Shown piece after piece: positions 48,688 through 57,132 of a stretch of DNA of 64,000 bases. Origin of the DNA: Candidatus Kaiserbacteria bacterium (GTDB taxonomy: Bacteria; Patescibacteriota; Minisyncoccia; Phycocordibacterales; Phycocordibacteraceae); assembly GCA_029288835.1 (NCBI GenBank), contig JARIGN010000032.1, positions 15,090 through 79,089 on the forward strand. Reading direction: 5' to 3'. Within the stretch, counting starts at the first letter, position 1; each line of letters begins with the position of its first letter. The notes under the pieces were generated by a model. That model was not told the DNA's origin. It was given only the letters and a program-made list of their open reading frames with translations, and searched no databases. Position numbers and translations under genes: made by a program.

Positions 48688-49038
48688 ATGTCCCGATCAC
48701 TTAAAAAAGGGCCCTACGTCGACGTTAAGTTGATGAAGAAGGTCTCTCTTGCAAAACCAGGCACTGCCGGGGTTATTAAGACGTGGGCACGTCGAAGCCA
48801 AATTGCCCCTGAAATGGTTGGTTATACCTTTGGTGTCCATAACGGCAAGCAGCACGTAGAAGTGCTTGTGAGCGAAGATATGGTTGGTCATCGCCTAGGT
48901 GAATTCTCTCCCACGAAGAAATTCGTACGACACGGAGGAAAGATGCAGAAGGAGCTCGAGCAGAAGCGCCAGCAGGCTGAAATTGCCGCTGCAAAGGCTG
49001 CTAAGGCCGCTCCAGCTGCGCCAGCAAAGAAGAAATAA
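48688..49038 (+). CDS. rpsS: 30S ribosomal protein S19
   Basis: [23 protein letters not shown]. Confidence 0.98.
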   Translation: MSRSLKKGPYVDVKLMKKVSLAKPGTAGVIKTWARRSQIAPEMVGYTFGVHNGKQHVEVLVSEDMVGHRLGEFSPTKKFVRHGGKMQKELEQKRQQAEIAAAKAAKAAPAAPAKKK

Positions 49039-49072
49039 GAGAGCCTAAGCAGATTTTCGTACTAACACTTTT

Positions 49073-49396
49073 ATGCGCGCAGAACTCACCAGCTATAACC
49101 AGTCACCTCGCAAGGTTCGCCTTGTGACCGACCTCGTAAAAGGAAAGAAAGTGTCAGAAGCACTTGCTATCCTTTCATTCCTTCCGAAGCGCGCTTCTCA
49201 GCCTATTTCAAAGCTTATTGCTTCTGCAGCAGCAAATGCAGTAAACAAGGGCGAAAATCTCGAAACCCTTCGCATCAAGAACATCACCGTCGACAGCGCA
49301 GGTATGCTCGTGCGCCTTATGCCTCGCGCAATGGGCCGTGGAGCACCTATTCGCCGCCGCAAGAGCTCCGTGGTAGTAACGCTCGAAACTAAATAA
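49073..49396 (+). CDS. rplV: 50S ribosomal protein L22
   Basis: SPRKVRLV, PRAMGRG. Confidence 0.97.
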   Translation: MRAELTSYNQSPRKVRLVTDLVKGKKVSEALAILSFLPKRASQPISKLIASAAANAVNKGENLETLRIKNITVDSAGMLVRLMPRAMGRGAPIRRRKSSVVVTLETK

Positions 49397-49398
49397 AC

Positions 49399-50133
49399 AT
49401 GACACACACCGTACATCCATACGCACATAGGCTTGGTATCATCCGCGACTGGCGCAGCCGCTGGTTTGCTGGTGACAAGAAAACCTACCGCGAGAACATT
49501 CTCGTGGACCAGAGCATCCGCTCATTCCTCAATAAGCGCCTTAAAGGTATGCATGTCACGGAAATAGAGATTGAGCGCTCCCAGAGCGAGATCCGCGTGA
49601 TCATCAACACCGCGCGCCCAGGCCTCGTTATCGGCCGCTCAGGTGAAAACGCCACAAAGCTCCGCAAGGAAGTGTCAGATGCTATCCGAAAGGTGGCTCC
49701 AAACCACGGCCGCACCGTAAAGCTCGACATCATGGAAATTCGCCAGCCGGAGACGAGTGCGAAGGTTGTTGGATTCCTCATTGCGGAAGGTCTTGAGAAG
49801 CGTATGCCATTCCGCCGCGTGCTTAAGCAGACGGTTGAAAAGGTTATGGCAGTGCGCGAGGTGGTCGGTGTGCGCATCGTTATCTCAGGCCGTCTTGGTG
49901 GCGCAGATATGTCTCGCACCGAGCAGATCAAGAAGGGCCGCATTCCGCTTCAGACCTTCCGCGCAAACATCGACTACGCACAGGTTGAAGCAAATCTTCC
50001 GTATGGTGTTATTGGTATTAAGGTGTGGATCTACCTCGGCGACCAGTTCACCGACCGCGAGCACCAGAACGTTTCTCGTCCGGCAGCTGCACAGAATGGT
50101 GGCCGCCAGGCACCAGCTCGCTCAGCCGCATAA
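49399..50133 (+). CDS. rpsC: 30S ribosomal protein S3
   Basis: RLGIIRDWRSRW, GRIPLQTFRANIDY, GVIGIKVWI. Confidence 0.98.
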   Translation: MTHTVHPYAHRLGIIRDWRSRWFAGDKKTYRENILVDQSIRSFLNKRLKGMHVTEIEIERSQSEIRVIINTARPGLVIGRSGENATKLRKEVSDAIRKVAPNHGRTVKLDIMEIRQPETSAKVVGFLIAEGLEKRMPFRRVLKQTVEKVMAVREVVGVRIVISGRLGGADMSRTEQIKKGRIPLQTFRANIDYAQVEANLPYGVIGIKVWIYLGDQFTDREHQNVSRPAAAQNGGRQAPARSAA

Positions 50134-50144
50134 TAAATTTTCGT

Positions 50145-50564
50145 ATGCTATTCCCTAAAAAAGTAAAACACCGAAAATGGCAGACCGGCCGCAAGAGCGA
50201 AACGCGCCTTGCGCGTCCTGACACGCGCGGCACAACCGTGGCTTTTGGCTCATACGGCCTAAAGGCAACGACTCCTCACCGAGTCACCTCAAACCAGATC
50301 GAGGCTGCTCGAAAAGTGCTTTCTCGCGCAACCGGCAAGGGAGGCAAGATGTGGATCCGCATCTTCCCTGACCGACCAATCACCCAGAAGGCTGCAGAAG
50401 TGGGTATGGGTAAGGGTAAGGGTGATCCGAAGTTCTTCGTATTCGAAGTGCGCCCAGGTCGCGTTATGTTTGAGGTCGATGGCATTTCAGATGCCGTAGC
50501 ACGTGATGCGCTTCGCCGTGCTGGTGCAAAACTCCCGGTTAAGACGACTGTCGTCACCCGCTAA
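50145..50564 (+). CDS. rplP: 50S ribosomal protein L16
   Basis: MLFPKKVKHRK, QIEAAR, GMGKGKG. Confidence 0.98.
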   Translation: MLFPKKVKHRKWQTGRKSETRLARPDTRGTTVAFGSYGLKATTPHRVTSNQIEAARKVLSRATGKGGKMWIRIFPDRPITQKAAEVGMGKGKGDPKFFVFEVRPGRVMFEVDGISDAVARDALRRAGAKLPVKTTVVTR

Positions 50565-50575
50565 CCCTTTTATTT

Positions 50576-50827
50576 ATGGCAAAAAAACTAGACCTCACCA
50601 CTAAGAACCGCACCGAGCTTTTCGATCTCCTTTCAAAGGAGCGTGAAGAGCTACGCAAAGCGCGTTTTGAAGCAGCAGGAAGCCGCCCAAAGGATGCATC
50701 TTCTGCAAAGAAGGCACGCCGCAGCGTTGCACGTATTTTGACCGTGCTTCATGCAACGCGTCCAGTACACACTTCTGGCGCCGCTGAAAAGGGTGAAGAG
50801 CTTGCCGAAACCGAGGCAACAGCGTAA
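50576..50827 (+). CDS. rpmC: 50S ribosomal protein L29
   Basis: Position in the cluster; ELRKARF...RRSVARILT. Confidence 0.9.
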   Translation: MAKKLDLTTKNRTELFDLLSKEREELRKARFEAAGSRPKDASSAKKARRSVARILTVLHATRPVHTSGAAEKGEELAETEATA

Positions 50828-50850
50828 TGTCAGAAAGTATTCACTCATTT

Positions 50851-51165
50851 ATGCCAACTTCAATCGCTACAACGCAAAAGACCGAGTCACGACCCCAGAC
50901 CTTCCAGGGAGTGGTTGTTAAGACTGCAATGAAAGACACGGCTACCGTGGCGGTTTCTCGCTATGTGAAGCATCCAAAGTACAAGAAGTACCAGACTCGC
51001 ACCAAGAAATACCTCGTGGAGGACACTGGCAATCAGACCAAGGTTGGCGACAAGGTTACCATCCAGGCATGCGCACCGCTTTCAAAGATGAAGCACTTCC
51101 GCATCCTTTCGGTGCAGTCTTCAGCTTCTTTCGAGGATGCTGACCTAGAGGCAGGTGCCGAATAG
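50851..51165 (+). CDS. rpsQ: 30S ribosomal protein S17
   Basis: GVVVKTAMKDT, HPKYKK, PLSKMKHF; alternative start at 50827. Confidence 0.95.
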   Translation: MPTSIATTQKTESRPQTFQGVVVKTAMKDTATVAVSRYVKHPKYKKYQTRTKKYLVEDTGNQTKVGDKVTIQACAPLSKMKHFRILSVQSSASFEDADLEAGAE

Positions 51166-51179
51166 TTTTATACACGCTT

Positions 51180-51557
51180 ATGATCCAAGACCAGACCATC
51201 GTTAAAGTTGCAGACAACACCGGCGCTACCGTAGCCCGCGTCTTCAAGGTACTTGGCGGATCAAAGCGTCGCTATGCAGAGCTCGGCGATGTAGTCGTGG
51301 TTTCTATCCAGAGCGCGCAGCCTCGCAAAGCCGCAAAGAAAAAGGATATCTATAAGGCAGTGGTCGTGCGCCAGGTGAAGCCATTCCGCCGCGCAAACGG
51401 CTCCTATGTTTCGTTTGATGATAATGCAGTCGTGATCATTGAGAAGCAGGGTAAGGAAATGGGTCCAAAGGGCAACCGCGTGTTTGGTCCGGTGCCACGC
51501 GACCTCATCGAGAAGGGTTGGGGTAACATCGCGTCACTCGCGCCAGAAATCGTCTAA
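51180..51557 (+). CDS. rplN: 50S ribosomal protein L14
   Basis: VADNTGA, FDDNAVV, RVFGPV. Confidence 0.98.
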   Translation: MIQDQTIVKVADNTGATVARVFKVLGGSKRRYAELGDVVVVSIQSAQPRKAAKKKDIYKAVVVRQVKPFRRANGSYVSFDDNAVVIIEKQGKEMGPKGNRVFGPVPRDLIEKGWGNIASLAPEIV

Positions 51558-51583
51558 CCGCATTCGCGAATTCACAATTACTT

Positions 51584-51895
51584 ATGAAAATGAAACTCAA
51601 AAAAGGCGACCCGGTCATCGTAGTGTCCGGAAAAGATAAGGGAAAGACCGGCAAGATCGAGCGCGTCCTTCGTGCAGAAGGGAAGGTCGTTATTGACGGC
51701 GTTGCAATGTACAAGCGCAGCCAGAAGAAGGTTCGTGGCGAGATTGGCCAGATCGTTGAGCGCCCACGCGCTATCGATGCGTCAAACGTCATGTTCCTCG
51801 ATTCAGAGAGTAAGAAAGGCACCCGTGTTGGTCGCGAAATGCGCGACGGAAAGCGCGTCCGTGTCACCAAGAAGGGCCAGAAAGTATTGGCATAG
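51584..51895 (+). CDS. rplX: 50S ribosomal protein L24
   Basis: KOW motif LKKGDPVIVVSGKDKGKTG. Confidence 0.97.
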   Translation: MKMKLKKGDPVIVVSGKDKGKTGKIERVLRAEGKVVIDGVAMYKRSQKKVRGEIGQIVERPRAIDASNVMFLDSESKKGTRVGREMRDGKRVRVTKKGQKVLA

Positions 51896-51911
51896 CTCCT
51901 AAGAAATTTTT

Positions 51912-52445
51912 ATGATTACCAAAGCACAACAGCAAACCGCATACGAAACCCTTCAGAAGGATTTTGGCTATACCAATGTAAACCAGTCGCCAAAGCTTCT
52001 CAAAATAGTCGTTTCTTCTGGCGTGGGTTCCGCAAAGGATAAAAATCGCATCAAGGTCGTTGAGGACCGCCTTACCCGCATTACTGGCCAGAAGCCTGCT
52101 GCGCGCGCATCAAAGCAGTCTATCGCGCAGTTCAAGGTGCGCCAGGGCGACGTCGTGGGGTACCAGGTGACCCTCCGTGGCGCGCGCATGTATGAGTTCC
52201 TCGACAAGCTCGTGCACATTGCGCTTCCTCGAACCCGCGACTTTCGTGGCCTCTCAGCAGGAGCAATCGATGAAATGGGTAACCTCACCATCGGCCTTCG
52301 CGAGCACACCATCTTCCCGGAAGCTTCAGAAGAAGACCTTAAGGATGTCTTTGGCATGGCGATCACCCTCGTGACCACCGCAAAGAGCAAGGAAGAAGCA
52401 GAGGCATTCTTCCGTCACCTAGGGATTCCGCTTCGTCAGGCATAA
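51912..52445 (+). CDS. rplE: 50S ribosomal protein L5
   Basis: ITGQKP, VTLRG, LPRTRDFRG. Confidence 0.98.
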   Translation: MITKAQQQTAYETLQKDFGYTNVNQSPKLLKIVVSSGVGSAKDKNRIKVVEDRLTRITGQKPAARASKQSIAQFKVRQGDVVGYQVTLRGARMYEFLDKLVHIALPRTRDFRGLSAGAIDEMGNLTIGLREHTIFPEASEEDLKDVFGMAITLVTTAKSKEEAEAFFRHLGIPLRQA

Positions 52446-52458
52446 CGTTATTCCAATG

Positions 52459-52498
52459 TAAAATCAAAGAAAGCCCTAAAGGGCTTTCTTTGATTTTA
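52459..52498. terminator. Bidirectional terminator after rplE
   Basis: TAAAATCAAAGAAAGCCCT-aa-AGGGCTTTCTTTGATTTTA. Confidence 0.85.
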
Positions 52499-52499
52499 T

Positions 52500-53867
52500 T
52501 TATGCTTGCGCAAGCGCAGTAAAACAGGCAGCGGAGTCAGTGGTCATTGCTGTACATGCTTGGGTCAAGTCGCTTTTACTAATTCCGGAAAAGTAGGCAT
52601 ACCCAATAACTCCCTTATAAAACGCTGCCTTTTCTGAATCGGTTAGTCCTGAAGCAAATGATTCCGACTGCTCCAAATGCTGGCCTTTAAAATGGTTCAT
52701 CATGGTGATGCCGATACCTTGTAGGCAAAAATCCGTATCTGACTCAGAAAGATTGCTCGTGGTGCAGAGGGTAATAGCACCGCTATAGTCTTTGTCATGG
52801 TTTCGCAGGTAACCAAAAGATGAATAAAGAAAACAATCGGGCTTTTCATCCGCCGTAGCGGAAATACAGGGCTCAAGGGGTTTATGTATATCCCAGCCAA
52901 GCGTGCCTGGACCCGAATGCTCAGTACTTCCCCAGAAAAGTTCCATATATACTCCTTCATAGCAGCGCGCCGTATAGAGCGCTGTGCCAATGCTTTGGCA
53001 TGCAGCAAGGGAAGGGGCGAGTGCCCGTTTATTTAAAAACATAAGCGCATGACCAACGCCATGGAAACAACTTTCCTTATAGCTGGTAGGGACGGTCGCG
53101 CAGGCATCAGCTGGATGGTCTTTCAGCTGGGGCTGATGCAAGAAAAGCTCCTCCATAATGCCGTGCATATAGCCACCCGCACATATATTTTCAACAGATG
53201 AGTACCCTACAGAATTCGTGCTATGTACGAGCATTGCACCGGAAAATCCATAGAGCTCATAGGCATGATGGCCTAAATCGTGCCCTATATCGTGACAATT
53301 AACCGAAAGGCTTGGGTCAGCCGTAATGGTTTGAAATACTTTTAGTATAGAGCTAGGGTCATGCGGATCAAGCATTGCAACCAATTTGTCGCGTATTGCT
53401 GCTTGTGATGACTTGGTTTTATCAATGTTAGGGTTAGGGTTTGAAGGATCAAAGACCTGGATGACGCCATGGTCATCAGGACGGTATTGGTTGTAATAAC
53501 CATAGGTTCCCGCCTGAGTAAACCGAAATGAGTAGGATGAACCTACCGGATAGCTGCTTGTTGCATTAAATGCGGGGTAGTCAGTATTGGAAGGAAAGGG
53601 ATCTGACACAGGCATCAGGGGCGTATCGATCACATTTTTAAAGGTCACCACGCTGTTTATCGGTACGCTCACAAAATCATCGTTAAAACCGTCAACGGTG
53701 TAGGTGATTATTGTTGAAGAGGCTTCTTCGGCAAAAGAGTGAGTATCTGCCCGAGAAGTGGTGGGAAGGTGAAAAGGAAATACAGCAAGGCTGTACCCAC
53801 CGATAATAAGAAGGAGGATAAGTACAAATCCACCAAATGCCGCGTAGAGGCGAAGATTTTTTTGCAT
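52500..53867 (-). CDS. Membrane-anchored protein with a cupredoxin-like domain and a Cys/His helical repeat domain
   Basis: VTFKN...YSFRFTQAGTYGYY; CHDIGHDLGH, CAGGYMHG, CFHGVGH, CYEGVYME, CLQGIG. Confidence 0.75.
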   Translation of the reverse strand: MQKNLRLYAAFGGFVLILLLIIGGYSLAVFPFHLPTTSRADTHSFAEEASSTIITYTVDGFNDDFVSVPINSVVTFKNVIDTPLMPVSDPFPSNTDYPAFNATSSYPVGSSYSFRFTQAGTYGYYNQYRPDDHGVIQVFDPSNPNPNIDKTKSSQAAIRDKLVAMLDPHDPSSILKVFQTITADPSLSVNCHDIGHDLGHHAYELYGFSGAMLVHSTNSVGYSSVENICAGGYMHGIMEELFLHQPQLKDHPADACATVPTSYKESCFHGVGHALMFLNKRALAPSLAACQSIGTALYTARCYEGVYMELFWGSTEHSGPGTLGWDIHKPLEPCISATADEKPDCFLYSSFGYLRNHDKDYSGAITLCTTSNLSESDTDFCLQGIGITMMNHFKGQHLEQSESFASGLTDSEKAAFYKGVIGYAYFSGISKSDLTQACTAMTTDSAACFTALAQA

Positions 53868-53997
53868 TAAAATCAATTGCTGAGTTTCATGTATACGATA
53901 GCATGAGTTATTTCTTGGTTTAGAGAGCATGTGCCTTTTGCTCAATGCAATAAAAGGTATAGAGTAAAGCGGGACCTCAAGCAAAAGGGAGGTAGTG

Positions 53998-54309
53998 ATG
54001 ATCAAAAGTCCTGTCACCCTCATGTATGAGGGCAAAATTTATATGATTACCTGGGTAGAGGGAATGGGCGGCCGGGCAAAATGCCTGTATTGCTCAAATC
54101 CCGAGAGTTATCGGCGCGACGTGCGTGTGCATTCTATGGCTCACGCTGGTCAGATATTGGCTCGAGACAGCTCACCAGGTTGCGATATTCTCAAAATATT
54201 CAAGAGAGGCATGCATTCAGGCCGCAGTGTCTGCAGAAAGCCTTCCTGTCAGGCTCGACTTGAGGTAGAGCGAGAGACTTTCTTAGCCCGAGAGGGTGAC
54301 TCTTCCTGA
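53998..54309 (+). CDS. Small Cys/His-rich ORFan, possibly Zn-binding
   Basis: CLYC...H...C...H...CRKPSC; SD GGGAGG; hairpin at 54309-54340. Confidence 0.55.
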   Translation: MIKSPVTLMYEGKIYMITWVEGMGGRAKCLYCSNPESYRRDVRVHSMAHAGQILARDSSPGCDILKIFKRGMHSGRSVCRKPSCQARLEVERETFLAREGDSS

Positions 54310-54346
54310 AGAGCCATGGCACTTCCTGCCCTGGCTCTTTCTTTAT

Positions 54347-54375
54347 TTGACAGCCTATTTCTTACCTGATACATT
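54347..54375 (+). promoter_or_regulatory. rpsN promoter
   Basis: TTGACA-17-TACATT followed by a GCTCC/GGAGC hairpin. Confidence 0.7.
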
Positions 54376-54404
54376 AGTGGAAGCTCCTCGGAGCGCTTTT
54401 TCGT

Positions 54405-54674
54405 ATGGCTAAAACCTCACAACTTGCGCGAAACCGCAAAAAGATCAAACTCGCGGCAAAGTACGCTGAAAAGCGTGCGGCTCTTAAGGCTGCCGGTGAC
54501 TTTGAAGGCCTTCAGAAGCTTCCCCGAAACTCCTCTCCTGTCCGCATCAAGAACCGCTGCGCTATCTCTGGCCGTGGCCGTGGGTACCTCCGTGAATTCG
54601 GCCTTTCCCGCATTGTGTTCCGTGAACTCGCTCGCGAAGGCAAGATTCCTGGTGTTAAGAAAGCTTCCTGGTAA
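54405..54674 (+). CDS. rpsN: 30S ribosomal protein S14 (89-aa Zn-independent type)
   Basis: [20 protein letters not shown]...[10 protein letters not shown]; only one Cys. Confidence 0.97.
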   Translation: MAKTSQLARNRKKIKLAAKYAEKRAALKAAGDFEGLQKLPRNSSPVRIKNRCAISGRGRGYLREFGLSRIVFRELAREGKIPGVKKASW

Positions 54675-54680
54675 CTATTT

Positions 54681-55082
54681 ATGATCACTGACCGCGTAGG
54701 AGACTTCATTATTCGACTCAAGAACGCTGGCGCTATCGGCGCTGAGACCGTCACCGTGCCTTTTTCAAAGCACCTCGAGGAAATCGCAAACAAGCTTAAG
54801 GACCTCGGCTTCGTGAGCCGCGTGGAGACTGTAAAGAAGCCAGGCAGCAATTTCTCTTCACTCGAAGTAACGCTCGCGTATGACGAAAAAGGCCAGCACA
54901 AGATCCACGACGTAAAGCGCATCAGCAAGCCAGGTCGCCGTATGTATGTACCTGCACGTGAAGCGCACACCGTTAAGAACGGCCTTGGTGCTCGTGTTAT
55001 CTCTACGCCGAAGGGAATCCTTTCCGACAAGGAAGCACGCAAGGTTCGCGCAGGAGGAGAAAACCTTTTTGAGGTCTGGTAA
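54681..55082 (+). CDS. rpsH: 30S ribosomal protein S8
   Basis: RISKPGRRMY, ISTPKGIL, GGE. Confidence 0.97.
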   Translation: MITDRVGDFIIRLKNAGAIGAETVTVPFSKHLEEIANKLKDLGFVSRVETVKKPGSNFSSLEVTLAYDEKGQHKIHDVKRISKPGRRMYVPAREAHTVKNGLGARVISTPKGILSDKEARKVRAGGENLFEVW

Positions 55083-55096
55083 TAGAAGATATTTGT

Positions 55097-55633
55097 ATGC
55101 CATCACGCCTCGCTAAAAAACCAATACCGGTACCCGCAAAAGTAGAAGTATCTACGGCTAATGGCGTGCTTTCCGTAAAGGGACCAAAGGAAACCCTCAC
55201 CAAGACCTACCATTCTTCTATTTCCATCGATGTCACTCCAGAAGGCGTTGTTATCGCCCCAAAGGACAGCAGCCGCCTCGCGCATGCACTTACCGGCACG
55301 TTTGCAGCGCACCTTAACGCCATGATGAAGGGTGTTGAGACGCCATTCCGCAAGAGTCTCGTGCTTAAGGGTGTGGGATACCGCGTGGAGCTTCGTGGGA
55401 ATGACCTCGTCTTCAACGTCGGCTTTTCTCATCCGGTTACGCTCACCGTGCCGCAGGGTCTCACTGCAGCGGTAGAAAAGGGAACCATCCGCATCGAGGG
55501 GGCAGACAAGCAGCGCGTCGGGCAGTTTGCGGCAGAAGTGCGCGCGGTGAAGCCACCAGAGCCATACCTTGGAAAGGGTATCGCATACGAGAATGAAGTG
55601 ATTCGTCGCAAGCAGGGTAAGAAGTCGGTATAG
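55097..55633 (+). CDS. rplF: 50S ribosomal protein L6
   Basis: VKGPK, GVGYR, PPEPYLGKGI. Confidence 0.98.
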   Translation: MPSRLAKKPIPVPAKVEVSTANGVLSVKGPKETLTKTYHSSISIDVTPEGVVIAPKDSSRLAHALTGTFAAHLNAMMKGVETPFRKSLVLKGVGYRVELRGNDLVFNVGFSHPVTLTVPQGLTAAVEKGTIRIEGADKQRVGQFAAEVRAVKPPEPYLGKGIAYENEVIRRKQGKKSV

Positions 55634-55648
55634 TAGCGAGAAATTTAT

Positions 55649-56011
55649 ATGGCACAACTTCCAACAACAAAACTTAGCACCAAGAAGGACCTTCGCACCC
55701 GTCGCCACACGCGTATTCGCGCACGCATTTCTGGTACCGCAGAACGCCCTCGTCTCGCTTTTTCAAAGTCGAACCGCTTCGTACAGGTGCAGCTTATCGA
55801 TGACGTAGCAGGGAAGACCCTTGCTGCAGTGCATGGCCGCACTATCAAGGGCACCGTCACCGAGCAGGCACAAAAGGCAGGCGCAGTAATTGCAGCGAAG
55901 GCGAAGAGTGCAGGCGTAACCAAGGTAGTCTTTGATCGCGGTGGCTTCAGCTACACGGGTCAGGTAAAGGCACTTGCTGATGCAGCACGCGAGGCCGGTC
56001 TCGAATTTTAA
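55649..56011 (+). CDS. rplR: 50S ribosomal protein L18
   Basis: GTAERPRL, VVFDRGG, AREAGLEF. Confidence 0.98.
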   Translation: MAQLPTTKLSTKKDLRTRRHTRIRARISGTAERPRLAFSKSNRFVQVQLIDDVAGKTLAAVHGRTIKGTVTEQAQKAGAVIAAKAKSAGVTKVVFDRGGFSYTGQVKALADAAREAGLEF

Positions 56012-56019
56012 TTATCTAT

Positions 56020-56661
56020 ATGGCAAACGACACGATACAAGACGTAAACGAGGTAGCAGCAGATATCGACACGGAGGTTGATGCACCTGTTGTCGAAGAG
56101 GCTGTAGAAGCTACGGACGCTGTTGAAGTAGCGCCTGAGGCACCTGCTGCGGATGGCCGGAATACTGCGGTACGTCAGCGCCGAGGTGGACGCACCGGCG
56201 GCCGCCCTCGCGCACCACGCGAGCGCAGCGAGTTCGACCAGGCTACCCTCGACGTGCGTCGCGTCGCCCGCGTTATGGGAGGCGGTCGCCGTTTCTCCTT
56301 CAGCGTCACCGTGGTTATTGGTGACCGCAAGGGACGCGTGGGCGTGGGTCTTGGAAAGGGTGCAGATACCGCCCTTGCTATCGACAAGGCTGTGCGTGAT
56401 GCCCGCAAGCATCTCATCACCGTGCCGCTCACCGCAGACAACTCCATTCGCCATCCTGTTTCTGCTCGTTATGGTTCCTCAGATGTAGAAATCATTCCTT
56501 CTCCAGGCCGCGGACTCGTGGCGGGTAGCGCAATGCGCATCGTGCTTGAGTACGCAGGCGTTACGAACGTCGTCACTAAGATCCTCAGCCGCACCAAGAA
56601 CAAGCTCACCATCGCACGTGCGACGGTTAAGGCGCTTGAGTCTCTCCAGAAGCAGAGCTAA
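56020..56661 (+). CDS. rpsE: 30S ribosomal protein S5
   Basis: RVARVMGGGRRFSF, GDRKGRVGVGLGK. Confidence 0.98.
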   Translation: MANDTIQDVNEVAADIDTEVDAPVVEEAVEATDAVEVAPEAPAADGRNTAVRQRRGGRTGGRPRAPRERSEFDQATLDVRRVARVMGGGRRFSFSVTVVIGDRKGRVGVGLGKGADTALAIDKAVRDARKHLITVPLTADNSIRHPVSARYGSSDVEIIPSPGRGLVAGSAMRIVLEYAGVTNVVTKILSRTKNKLTIARATVKALESLQKQS

Positions 56662-56679
56662 TGCGCTAACAATACTTTT

Positions 56680-57126
56680 ATGCAATCGAACACCCTCAAA
56701 CGAACACACGCAAACATCACGACCCCTCGCGTAGGACGTGGTGGTAAGCGTGGAAAGACTTCCGGCCGTGGTACTAAAGGCCAGAACGCGCGCGCAGGCC
56801 ATAAGAACCGTCCAGAAATGCGCGACATCATCAAGAAGATTCCAAAGCTCCGCGGCCATGGAAAGAACCGCTCACGCACCGTGCGCGTTCGTGAAAGCTA
56901 TACCCCAGTAAATCTCGCAACACTCGAGATGGCATTTAACGCAGGCGACACCGTTACCTTCGCAGCACTTGCCCAGAAGGGCATCACCAGCATGCGCGGC
57001 GGCAAAGTCCAGCGCGTAAAGGTGCTCGGCACCGGCTCTCTCAGCAAGAAGCTCGAGCTCTCCGGCATTCCGGTTTCAGAAACGGCCAAAGCTGCGATAG
57101 AAAAAGCAGGCGGCTCGGTACTATAA
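56680..57126 (+). CDS. rplO: 50S ribosomal protein L15
   Basis: RVGRGGKRGKTSGRGTKGQNARAG, IEKAGG. Confidence 0.97.
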   Translation: MQSNTLKRTHANITTPRVGRGGKRGKTSGRGTKGQNARAGHKNRPEMRDIIKKIPKLRGHGKNRSRTVRVRESYTPVNLATLEMAFNAGDTVTFAALAQKGITSMRGGKVQRVKVLGTGSLSKKLELSGIPVSETAKAAIEKAGGSVL

Positions 57127-57132
57127 GAGCCT

